DNA of 64,000 nt from Rebecca billardiae RCC1528. Lineage: Eukaryota; Protista; Haptophyta. Shown here one piece after another: positions 22,349-32,926 of this stretch (positions are counted from its first letter, which is position 1; every line of letters starts with the position of its first letter). The notes beneath the pieces are model-generated. The model made no database searches and was not told the DNA's origin. It saw only the letters and a program-made list of their open reading frames with translations. The translations under genes and the position numbers were made by a program. The stretch spans positions 2,294,001-2,358,000 of the forward strand of contig OZ251228.1 of the NCBI GenBank assembly GCA_965240325.2, read 5' to 3'.

Positions 22349-23824
22349 TCACCGTCCAATGGTCAGACTCATATCTTTAATGTCTGTGTCACCGTGACCG
22401 TGTGGCGGCATTCGGCAATCCACCCCGTTGCCTCTCTCGAGTCTCCCGACCAGCGGCGGCGGTGGTTGGGGCAGCTGCGGGGCGGCGTCCGGGACAGTGA
22501 CAAGGTGGCTGGTGGGTTTGTGCTGTCGCTTCGCTGCACGCGTGCCCTGGTCGTCGGTGCCATGCTCCAGCCTGCGCTTGGGGACGGCAAGCCGAGTGTT
22601 AACCATGCCGGCCAGCTTGTGCGTAGCGCAGCGACTGGCGCGCGCGTCACCCGGCATGCCGAATGAAGGCCACTTGGTGCAGCCAGCGTGATCACACTTG
22701 GGGCTCTTCACATCGACCATGCCGGCCAGCTTGTGCGTAGCGCACCGGCTGGCGCGCGCGTCACCCGGCATGCCGTACGAAGGCAGCTTGCTGCAGCCGG
22801 TGTGATCACACTTGCGGCTCACCACGTTGACCATGCCGGCCAGCTTGTGCGTAGCGCACCGGCTGGCGCGTGCGTCACCCGGCATGCCGAACGAAGGCCG
22901 TGCGGTGCAGCCGGTATGATCACACTTGGGGTGCATCACGTCGACCATGCTGGCCAGCTTGTGCGTAACGCACCGGCTGGCGCGCGCGTCACCCGGCATG
23001 CCGAACGCAGGCTGCTTGGTGCAGCCCGCGTGATCACACTTGGGGTTCTTCACGTCGACCATGCCGGCCAGCTTGTGCGCAGCGCACCGGCTGGCGCGCG
23101 CGTCGCCCGGCATGCCGAAGTAAGGCCCCTTGGTGCAGCCGGTGTGATCACACTTGGGGTGCTTCACATCGACCATGCCGGCCAGCTTGTGCGTAGCGCA
23201 CCGACTGGCGCGCGCGTCACCCGGCATGCCGAATGAAGGCCGTGCGGCGCAGCCCGCGTGACCACACTTGGGGCTCACCACGTTGATCATGCCGGCCAGC
23301 TTGTGTTCAGCGCACCGGCTGGCGCGCGCGTCGCCCGACATGCCGAATGAAGGCCCCTTGGTGCAGCCCGCGTGATCACACTTGGGGCTCACCACGTTGA
23401 CCATGCCGGCCAGCTTGTGCTCAGCGCACCGGCTGGCGTGCGCGTCGCCCGGCATGCCGTACGAAGGCTGCTTGCTGCAGCCGGTGTGATCACACTTGCG
23501 GCTCACCACGTTGACCATGCCGGCCAGCTTGTGCGTACCGCACCGGCTGGCGCGCGCGTCGCCCGGCATGCCGAACGAAGGCCACGTGGTGCAGCCCTCG
23601 TGATCACACTTGGGGCTCTTCACGTTGACCATGCCGGCCAGCTTGTGCGTAGCGCACCGACTGGCGCGCGCGTCACCCGGCACGGCGAACGAAGGCCGTG
23701 CGGTGCAGCCGGCGTGATCACACTTGGGGTGCCTCGCGTCGACCATGCCGGTCAGCTTGTGCGCAGCGCACCGGGTGGGGGCGTGGGGCGCGTCACCGCG
23801 CGTGTCACCCGGCCGGAGCGTCAC
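22349..23824 (-). CDS. EsV-1-7-type repeat protein, copy 2 (10 repeats; chimeric)
   Basis: Same repeat; N-terminus like copy 1 (RPGDTRGDAPHAPTRC), C-terminus like copy 3 (HGHGDTDIKDMSLTIGR). Confidence 0.8.
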   Translation of the reverse strand: MTLRPGDTRGDAPHAPTRCAAHKLTGMVDARHPKCDHAGCTARPSFAVPGDARASRCATHKLAGMVNVKSPKCDHEGCTTWPSFGMPGDARASRCGTHKLAGMVNVVSRKCDHTGCSKQPSYGMPGDAHASRCAEHKLAGMVNVVSPKCDHAGCTKGPSFGMSGDARASRCAEHKLAGMINVVSPKCGHAGCAARPSFGMPGDARASRCATHKLAGMVDVKHPKCDHTGCTKGPYFGMPGDARASRCAAHKLAGMVDVKNPKCDHAGCTKQPAFGMPGDARASRCVTHKLASMVDVMHPKCDHTGCTARPSFGMPGDARASRCATHKLAGMVNVVSRKCDHTGCSKLPSYGMPGDARASRCATHKLAGMVDVKSPKCDHAGCTKWPSFGMPGDARASRCATHKLAGMVNTRLAVPKRRLEHGTDDQGTRAAKRQHKPTSHLVTVPDAAPQLPQPPPPLVGRLERGNGVDCRMPPHGHGDTDIKDMSLTIGR

Positions 23825-23869
23825 CCGGACGGGCGCCTGGTGCCGGACGCCGGCCGGCGAGCTCACAAA

Positions 23870-25359
23870 GCGCGATGGAGGCGGCCGGCGTGTTGGTTGC
23901 TCGCTGCTCTCCCGCGGCTTGCAGGCGCCGCAGCGCAGGGTGACTCGTCGATCCCAAGGCAGCCTTGCCCGGCGTGCACGACGAGCGCCTCTGCGTGCAC
24001 TCTCCTCGTGCCACCGCGCGTGTGCCAGCACGGCGACGTCGCGAGCTCGCGGCTGCTCCTGCGTGCGCGCGCGCCGGACGCGTCGCCCACGGGCGCCGGC
24101 GGCGACGTCTTCACCGCGTGGCTCCACGACCGTGCGAGCGCTCCCGAGCCGACACCACCAGCGGATACACACCACGCCCCGCCATTCCACTGGGCGCTCG
24201 AGGTGCGCGACCGGTGCAACGGTGAGTACGCGCTCGAGCTGCCGTCTGCAGACCTGATCTTTGAGCAGCGCAGGCGCGCCGCCGCGCGGCTCGAGCCGGC
24301 GCGCTTCCACGTGAGCGTGTACGTCGACCACGAGCTCATGCGCGCGCGCGTTCCACCAGTGGTGGTGCCCCGAGCGCGCGCACAACTTCAGCGCGTGGGA
24401 CGGTCTGGACGTGCGCGCGCTCTTCTCAGGGTACGGCTGCGAGCACGGGTTCGCCCGGCGGCGGGCACGCCCACGGCGCTGCCGCTCGGCGACGATGGCG
24501 CAGCGGGCTCGCCCACGCCGCCATCCGCCGGCGCATGCGCAGCGCCGCGCCCCCTCTCGCGCGCGCACATGCCACTGCCGTTTGAGCCGTGGCTGTGGCC
24601 GTGCGCGGCGGCGGGCCGCGACGCGCCGCCACCGCGCGCGAGGAACGTGCTGCGCTTCCAGAGTGCCCGCTTCGAGCACTGCGTGCGCGAGGCGGGGCGG
24701 CCAGAGTGCCCGCCGCTGCGGTACGAGACGGAGCCCCCCGCCTGCCTCGCGGGGAAGCGCGTCACGCTCGTCGGCGACAGCGTGACGCGCGGCACGATGA
24801 TGGACGTGGCGCACATGGGGGCGGGCGTGGACGACTCGCTGCCAGACGGCACGCGCGCCGCGCCGGACATGCGCGCGGTGCCGGGGCGCTGCCGGCCGAT
24901 GGCGAAGGGCACGTTCGAGCCGACGTACGAGCACTTGTTCGAGCTGCTCGCCAACCAGAGCGCCGCCCCCGCGCCGGGCCCTGTGCGCTTCGAGCTGCTC
25001 GACGTGATGCGGCCGCTGTTCGTGGGCGCGCGCGCGATGCTGATGCAACACGGCGTGGCGCTCGACCACGCGCTCACGCGCAGCGACGTGCTCATCCTCG
25101 AGTCGAGCCGGCAAGCCATGTCCGGGTGAATCTGAGCCACCGCCGCCCCATCGGCGAGTGCAGGCGCTCCCTGCACGACCTCGCCGTCCACCTGCGCATC
25201 AGGTGCTCGCGGCTGAGGAAGAAACAGGGGCACACGCCGCGCGTGCTGTGGCGGGCGGCGGTGGCCCCGCCATCGGACCTGCCTGGCTGCGACTGCCAGG
25301 GGGGCAACCTGGCGCCATTCGTCGAGCTGACCAACCCGATCGCGTCCGAGGCCTTCCTT
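23870..25359 (+). pseudogene. NXPE/PC-esterase gene fragment, copy 2
   Basis: Near-identical to 20428-21920 (period ~3.44 kb); same missing start, frameshift and 3' truncation. Confidence 0.7.
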
Positions 25360-25785
25360 ATACTTACTCGTTACGACTGCCGCCGCTTATCGGAGTCTGA
25401 GACCGTCCCACTACCGGACATCATCGTCGTCAGCAGGATCTCATCAGCAGCATCAGCCGCTCCTCGCGCAGTCTCAGTGACACGACTCTTGACTGTGATC
25501 GACTGTGAATTCGTGTGTCGTGATGATGTGATGTAATATTGCCCCCCGCCCGCCCCCAGCGCTACGCGGAGTAGATCATCAGCGATGATCGACATCAGAG
25601 GAGATCGATCGACGACATGGTCTTATTGGTCATGCGGTGACATCTATATAAGACTAAGACATGGTCATGCATCAGGATCAGCCTGTATGTCTGTCAGACA
25701 GCATCAGCGCGGCATCATCATCGCTCAGAATATTCTATCATCATTCATCATCATCGTCGGCCGGAGGACGACAGATCGGATGCCA

Positions 25786-26670
25786 TCACCGTCCAATGGT
25801 CAGACTCATATCTTTAATGTCTGTGTCACCGTGACCGTGTGGCGGCATTCGGCAATCCACCCCGTTGCCTCTCTCGAGTCTCCCGACCAGCGGCGGCGGT
25901 GGTTGGGGCAGCTGCGGGGCGGCGTCCGGGACAGTGACAAGGTGGCTGGTGGGTTTGTGCTGTCGCTTCGCTACACGCGTGCCCTGGTCGTCGGTGCCAT
26001 GCTCCAGCCTGCGCTTGGGGACAGCGAGCCGAGTGTTAACCATGCCGGCCAGCTTGTGCGTAGCGCAGCGACTGGCGCGCGCGTCACCCGGCATGCCGAA
26101 TGAAGGCCACTTGGTGCAGCCAGCGTGATCACACTTGGGGCTCTTCACATCGACCATGCCGGCCAGCTTGTGCGTAGCGCACCGGCTGGCGCGCGCGTCG
26201 CCCGGCATGCCGAAGTAAGGCCGTGCGGTGCAGCCCGCGTGACCACACTTGCGGCTCCTCACGTCGACCATGCCGGCCAGCTTGTGCTCAGCGCACCGGC
26301 TGGCGTGCGCGTCGCCCGGCATGCCGTACGAAGGCTGCTTGCTGCAGCCGGTGTGATCACACTTGCGGCTCACCACGTTGACCATGCCGGCCAGCTTGTG
26401 CGTACCGCACCGGCTGGCGCGCGCGTCGCCCGGCATGCCGTACGAAGGCTGCTTGCTGCAGCCGGTGTGATCACACTTGCGGCTCACCACGTTGACCATG
26501 CCGGCCAGCTTGTGCGTACCGCACCGGCTGGCGCGCGCGTCGCCCGGCATGCCGCATGAAGGCCCCTTGGTGCAGCCGGTGTGATCACACTTGCGGCTCC
26601 TCACGTCGACCATGCCGGCCAGCTTGTGCTCAGCGCACCGGCTGGCGCGCGCGTCGCCCGGCAGCGTCGC
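25786..26670 (-). CDS. EsV-1-7-type repeat protein, copy 3 (5 repeats; first ATG at 26613)
   Basis: Same repeat and tail; no in-frame ATG upstream of the array. Confidence 0.75.
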   Translation of the reverse strand, partial: ATLPGDARASRCAEHKLAGMVDVRSRKCDHTGCTKGPSCGMPGDARASRCGTHKLAGMVNVVSRKCDHTGCSKQPSYGMPGDARASRCGTHKLAGMVNVVSRKCDHTGCSKQPSYGMPGDAHASRCAEHKLAGMVDVRSRKCGHAGCTARPYFGMPGDARASRCATHKLAGMVDVKSPKCDHAGCTKWPSFGMPGDARASRCATHKLAGMVNTRLAVPKRRLEHGTDDQGTRVAKRQHKPTSHLVTVPDAAPQLPQPPPPLVGRLERGNGVDCRMPPHGHGDTDIKDMSLTIGR

Positions 26671-26798
26671 CCAGACGGGCGCGCGGCTGCCACTCGTTCG
26701 TCCGACCAGCCACTGGGAGTCAAGGGTGCGGCTCTGTCTGCAGACTCAACCTCGTTGGTCTGGGGGCTCAGGCAACCTCGGCCCCGTCCGCGCGGTTG

Positions 26799-28456
26799 AT
26801 GCTGCGCCGACTCGGCTTGGCATCCGCGGGTCTCGCGGGTGCGGCGCTGGTGGCGGATACTGTGATCAATGACGAGGTCGACGAGTGGACCCGCCCGATC
26901 ACGCGCCGGCTCCGCAGGCCGCCGCTCGACGAAAGCGGCGCCGAGCGCAAGCGGCGCGTGGTCGTGCTCGGCACCGGCTGGGCGAGCCTCTCGTTCGTGC
27001 GGAAGCTCGACCTCGCCACCCACGACGTCACGGTGGTCAGCCCGCGGCCCTACTTCTTCTGTGCGCGCGTGCGCCCATCGCGGGCTCTGGGCCGCGCGCG
27101 CGCCCCGTGCGCGCCTGCCAGCCGCGCGCTGACGCGCTCAGCCGCGCGCGTGTGTGCGCGCGCGCAGACACGCCGCTCCTCCCGGGCTGCGTCTCGGGCT
27201 GCGTCTCGGAGGCGCATGTGCTAGAGCCGATCCGGAACTTCTGCGACCGCGTCGCGCAGCGCGCGCACTACGTGTGCGCCCGCGCCGAGCGCATCGACCT
27301 CGGCGCGCGCGTCGTGCACTGCGGCATCGACGGCGGCGGCGCGCTGTCGCTGCCTTACGACGAGCTGGTGGTGGCGGTGGGCACGCGGCCCAACCCGGCG
27401 GCGGTGGAGGGCGGCGCGGCGCACGCGCTGCCGCTCACCGAGCTCGAGGACGCGACCCGGCTGCGCACGCGCCTCTTCGCCAACCTCGAGCGCGCGAGCG
27501 CGCTCCAGCTGGGCGGCGCGGGCGGGGCCACTCTCTCTGCACTGGTGCGCGTGGTTGTCATTGGGGGCCCTCCGGCCGCGGTCGAGCTGGCGGCGGAGCT
27601 GTGCGACCTGCAGCGCGCGGAGGTGGCGCGCGCGTTCCCGACGATCGCACACCAGCTGCCCGCCGTCACCCTCGTCGACGCCTCGCCCCGGCTGCTGCCC
27701 ATGTTCGACGCCCCGACCTCGGAGTACGCGGCGGAGCACCTGCGCGCGCGCGGCGTGGACGTGCGCGCCGGCTGCAGCGTGCGGCGCGTGCGCGCGCGCG
27801 GAGTGGAGGTGGTGGGCGCAGACGGACGCGCCGACACGATCGACGCGGGCATCGTCGTGTGGGCTGCGGCCAAGTGCCCGCACCCCATCACCGACGCGCT
27901 GCGCGCGTCGATCGGCGCGGCGGGCGCGCAGGCGGACGCGCGCGGGCTGCGCGTCGACGGCCGACTGCGCGTGCTCGGCTGCGAGCACGTGTGGGCGCTC
28001 GGCGACTGCGCGCGCAGCGGGTACCCGCCGACGGGGCAGGTCGCCGTGCAGCAGGGCAAGTACCTCGGCCGCCTCTTCTCCGCCATCGACGTCGCCTCCG
28101 CGGACGCGCGCGCCACCGCGCCGCCCTTCGAGTACCATCACCTCGGCACGCTCGCCTACATAGGCGGCTCGGAGGCAATCGCGCGGCTGCCGTCGGCGCG
28201 CGAGCTGCTGCTCGGCGGCAACACGGCGGTGGACCACGCGTGGTGGCGCGCGCAGTACGTCCGCTGGCTCCCCGACGAGCCGATCTCGGCGCACGGCCCG
28301 CTCACCTTCGCCGCGTGGCGCTCCGTCTACTTCTCCAAGCTGCTGAGCGCGCGCAATCGGGTGGGCGTGCTCACCGACTGGGCGCACGTGTGCGCGTTCG
28401 GGCGCACCACCGCCGTGGTGCGCCAGCACGACGACGCGCCGAGCAAAGCGGCCTGA
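26799..28456 (+). CDS. Type II (alternative) NADH dehydrogenase; exons 26799-27060 and 27168-28456
   Basis: RVVVLGTGWAS, VVSPRPYFF|YTPLL, LPYDELVVAVG, ALGDCA, PPTGQVAVQQG, FEYHHLGTLAYIG, WRSVYFSKLLS; intron 27061-27167. Confidence 0.92.
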
Positions 28457-28986
28457 CGACGCGCGCGCTGGAGCTGCTAGCTGCACGGCGGGCTATATAT
28501 CATAGCCGTGGTGTAGCTTACTAGTTTCAAATTTAAAAGTACCAGTTATTAAATATGGCGGGCCCGGTTAAATTATCAGTCCGAATCATCATATTATATC
28601 AATCAATATCATCGTCCGCGCTCGTCGCCGTCGGACCGTCGACGGGCGTCGTTGCCTTTTGACTTGAAAGTTGAGAGTGATTTTGCGTCCGATCGACCGA
28701 TCACGGATCAGTTGCAATGCCGGAAATCCGAGGGCGCGTAATCAGCAGCCCGCGAATAATACTGCCGGCGGGCCTGACCGGCCGCGTCCGCCACTGTTAT
28801 TACTAACTATAAACTAAGCCCCCGCGTACTGGCCGCGAACTCGTACGGTAGCCGCGTGTGGGCAAAGTCCGTCAAGGACTCAGGAGGCGCCTACTGTTAT
28901 TGAGTATTGGCTTCTTGCTCCGGTACTGAGACTGTGACTCGGTGCTGATGTGACGAGACTCAAGTCATGCCGACGGACCACGCCAC

Positions 28987-29862
28987 CTTCGAGTACCATC
29001 ACCTCGGCACGCTCGCCTACATAGGCGGCTCGGAGGCAATCGCGCGGCTGCCGTCGGCGCGCGAGCTGCTGCTCGGCGGCAACACGGCGGTGGACCACGC
29101 GTGGTGGCGCGCGCAGTACGTCCGCTGGCTCCCCGACGAGCCGATCTCGGCGCACGGCCCGCTCACCTTCGCCGCGTGGCGCTCCGTCTACTTCTCCAAG
29201 CTGCTGAGCGCGCGCAATCGGGTGGGCGTGCTCACCGACTGGGCGCACGTGTGCGCGTTCGGGCGCACCACCGCCGTGGTGCGCCAGCACGACGACGCGC
29301 CGAGCAAAGCGGCCTGACGACGCGCGCGCTGGAGCTGCTACTCATGCACTGCTAGCTGCACGGCGGGCTATATATATCATAGCCGTGGTGTAGCTTACTA
29401 GTTTCAAATTTAAAAGTACCAGTTATTAAATATGGCGGGCCCGGTTAAATTATCAGTCCGAATCATCATATTATCAATCAATATCATCGTCCGCGCTCGT
29501 CGCCGTCGGACCGTCGACGGGCGTCGTTGCCTTTTGACTTGAAAGTTGAGAGTGATTTTGCGTCCGATCGACCGATCACGGATCAGTTGCAATGCCGGAA
29601 ATCCGAGGGCGCGTAATCAGCAGCCCGCGAATAATACTGCCGGCGGGCCTGACCGGCCGCGTCCGCCACTGTTATTACTAACTATAAACTAAGCCCCCGC
29701 GTACTGGCCGCGAACTCGTACGGTACGGCCGCGTGTGGGCAAAGTCCGTCAAGGACTCAGGAGGCGCCTACTGTTATTGAGTATTGGCTTCTTGCTCCGG
29801 TACTGAGACTGTGACTCGGTGCTGATGTGACGAGACTCAAGTCATGCCGACGGACCACGCCA
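28987..29862 (+). pseudogene. Tandem duplicate of the NDH-2 3' end and downstream flank
   Basis: Near-identical to 28127-28986; junction cacgccac|cttcgagtacc. Confidence 0.9.
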
Positions 29863-30436
29863 CGGGGTCAGCCCGTGAGCCCTGATCAAATCCGTCCGCG
29901 ACTCCGTCCGGACCGGGTGGCGGCCATGTGTGAGTATTGTGTCACTGCGCCGCTGTGACTAGCAGCGGACGGGGAGAGCTGGCACCTACTATACGCGATC
30001 GCTGGTATAGAGGCGGGCTCATCGCGGGCCATCCGGTACCATCGTTCACTCTCGCCTCTCGGGCGATCACTAAAGCCTCATCCAGCAAGGGCCAAGGGGT
30101 CTCCCTAACTGGCCCCTGCCCAGCAGACTGGGATCCAGAGCTGCCTTCGCCCGTTGAACGGAAACAGTACCATACAAATAACAAGAATCCTGGTCTGAAT
30201 CGGCGGTCTGATTCCACTTTCCAATAACTGTACGGATGTACTGTGTAAGTTCCCTGGCTCCAAATCATCCAATCAGTGACGCGTTGAAAAGACCCTGATG
30301 GGCCTGATTGGCTGATGAAAATGAACTCGAACGCGCGCGTTCGTGGGTGTCCTTTCGGTTTGGTCCGACACGCGACGACCCTCAAGTCCTCAACCCCGTC
30401 CGCAAGAAACAACACGTACTGCACTTCCTCCCTTCC

Positions 30437-31882
30437 ATGACGCTGGCCGTCGTTGTCGTCGACCCGCGCTCGACAGGCGCGACGATCGCCGAGCGTGCGT
30501 CCGAGCGCGGCTACACCGTCCTCCGCGTTTGGTCCGCCGAGTGCCCGCCGCACCTGCGCGCGCACGTCTCACACAGCGCACGCGACTGCTATGCCGCGAC
30601 GCTCGAGCACACCGGCGGCGCGGCTGCGCGTGGTGCGGTCGAGGAGACGGCGCGCAAGGTGCGCGCGCTCCCATTCGACGTGGTGGCCGTGCTATGTGGC
30701 TCAGAGTCCGGCGTGCTGCTGAGCGACGCGTTGGCTGCCGCGCTCGGGCTGCGCGGCAACGACCCCGCGTTGGGCGACGTTCGGCGCTCCAAGTACCACC
30801 AGCAGGAGGCGGTGCGCGCGGCCGGGCTGCGCGCGGTGCGCCAGGCGCTCGCGACCAGCAGCTCAGAGGCGCGTGCCTTCGCAGCCACGCTCCCGCCGCC
30901 GCTGCGAGCCATCGTCAAGCCCGTCGCCTCGGCAGGCTCCGAGGACGTGGCGCTGTGCCGCTCGCTCGAGCGCGTGGCCGAGCATGCTGCCGCCATCCTC
31001 GCCAAGCGCACCAACGCCCTCGGCGAGCGCAACGCGGGCGCGCTCGTGCAGGAGTACCTCGAGGGCGACGAGTACATCGTCGACTGCGTCTCGCGCGACG
31101 GCGTGCATAAGTGCGTCGCCGTGTACGCGTACGACAAGCGCGAGGGCAACGGCTCGCCCTTCTGCTACTATGGACAGCGACCGCTCGGATGTGACGGCGG
31201 CACGGCAGCCGAGGACGCGCGCGCGCGCGCGCTCGTCGCGTACACGCGTGGCGTGCTCGACGCGCTCGCCATCCGCAACGGCGCGACGCACTCGGAGCTG
31301 ATCGTCGGGCACGACGGCGCGCCGTGCCTCGTCGAGTGCAACTGCCGGGCGCAGGGCGGCAACGGCGAGTGGCTCCAAGTCGCAGAGGCAGTCGGGGGCG
31401 GGCGCGCGACCGCCACGACGCAGGTGAGCGCGCTCCTCGATGCGTTCCTCGAGGACGAAGGCCCGGCGAACGCGTTCGCCGCGCTGCCCGCCGAGCCGCC
31501 CGCGCTGCGCGGGTACGGCATGGTGGCGTGGCTGCTCGCCTTCGACGAGGGCACGCTGCTGGGCGCGCCGGGCCTCAGCGCGCTGCGCGGGCTCCGCTCG
31601 TACGCGGAGGGCTCGCTGCTCGTGCGCCCGGGCGAGCGCGTCGTACGCACCGTGGACGCGAACACCGTGCTCGGCGTGGTCGTGCTCGTGCACGCCGAGC
31701 GCGAGGTGGTCGAGGCGGATTACGCGCTCGTGCACCAGCGCGCCGCGGCGGAGGGCTTCCTCCGCCTCAAGCAGGCAGAGCCGCGGCGCGTGGACGAGCA
31801 TCGCGCGCGCGCGTGCACGGGCGGGGTGTGCGGCAAGGCGGGGGGCGGCGCTGCCAGGGTGGTGGGCACTGCCGGGGGCTGA
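30437..31882 (+). CDS. ATP-grasp carboxylate-amine (amino acid) ligase-like protein
   Basis: VVVVDPRSTG, CGSESGV, RRSKYHQQEAV, IVKPVASAGSEDV, VQEYLEGDEY, GATHSE, VECNCRAQG; ATG at 30437. Confidence 0.88.
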   Translation: MTLAVVVVDPRSTGATIAERASERGYTVLRVWSAECPPHLRAHVSHSARDCYAATLEHTGGAAARGAVEETARKVRALPFDVVAVLCGSESGVLLSDALAAALGLRGNDPALGDVRRSKYHQQEAVRAAGLRAVRQALATSSSEARAFAATLPPPLRAIVKPVASAGSEDVALCRSLERVAEHAAAILAKRTNALGERNAGALVQEYLEGDEYIVDCVSRDGVHKCVAVYAYDKREGNGSPFCYYGQRPLGCDGGTAAEDARARALVAYTRGVLDALAIRNGATHSELIVGHDGAPCLVECNCRAQGGNGEWLQVAEAVGGGRATATTQVSALLDAFLEDEGPANAFAALPAEPPALRGYGMVAWLLAFDEGTLLGAPGLSALRGLRSYAEGSLLVRPGERVVRTVDANTVLGVVVLVHAEREVVEADYALVHQRAAAEGFLRLKQAEPRRVDEHRARACTGGVCGKAGGGAARVVGTAGG

Positions 31883-32574
31883 TACCACTCATATCCGAGC
31901 TTAGCATGATCAGCGCATTGCTGCAGAGTACTCGCGAGCATGGCGTCGCGGAGTGTGGGCTGACGGCCCTTGGCGTAAGACGCGCGGTACGGCTGGCCGT
32001 CCCGCCGCGCGCGCCGGCCGTGCCGGCCGGCACCCCGCATCAGTCGGGCCATCAATCATCACTGTGTAAATCTGTGATTATGGTAGAGCATCACCAGATG
32101 GGCTTATTATAAAAATAATAATAGTACTTCTGCGCGACTCAGAATACTTAGAATAGTCAGTCTACCGCTATTTTAATAAAATATATTTGAAAATAAATAA
32201 TCAGTACCATTGAGTGTCTAGTAGTATAAGACCGAGTACCCGCTGACGTACTGACTGGTACCGCCCACTCAGGCCGGCATAAGCCGCGCCGGCAGTGTTC
32301 AGTTAGGACCTGAGTCCCAGCACTCCCTGTACCGCCACTCGCCGTAGGATCTCGGGCGACGTCAGGGCGAGTAGTCAGCCACGGTGCCCGCCCACGGCCC
32401 GCGCGGTGCGGACGTCACCGGCGGACGTGCAATCGGCCGCTGTGTCACTGTGAGTTAAATCATAGAATGATCGAGTACTGTACAGTTTACTATGATTTAA
32501 CGTGCACACAGTCGTATCAAAGTGGTCGTATCTCCCCGGTACCTAGTCCTCGTGTACAGAATCAGGCTACTATT

Positions 32575-32682
32575 AAATTCCCCTTTATAATAACGGGCTC
32601 CGGGTGATCAGGCTGGCGGCCGAAGCCTCCAGCCCTACCCTGGCCAGCCCCCAACCAACCACCACCCTCACCCAACCTCAAT
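32575..32682 (-). repeat. Second copy of the 7423-7527 dispersed repeat
   Basis: Near-identical, with a small AT insertion. Confidence 0.85.
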
Positions 32683-32745
32683 ACTGTTTTCGAAAAAAAC
32701 CGTTCAAACTCACGTACACTCAGAATACCCGCATCCCATCGTTTT

Positions 32746-32805
32746 ATGAACCGACACCTGCTTACTTAATGAATCGACACCTGCTTATTTAATGAATCGA
32801 CACCT
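32746..32805 (+). repeat. 23-bp tandem repeat, ~2.6 copies
   Basis: atgaatcgacacctgcttattta units. Confidence 0.85.
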
Positions 32806-32926
32806 ACTATCATACTAGGACTCAATGAGAAGACACTACAATTGGAACAATTCAGGCACCGATGAGCAAGCAACTTTTAAAATTGGACGCCGGCCGCCCG
32901 ACGGGCGGGCCGCGGGCGGGCGCGGG

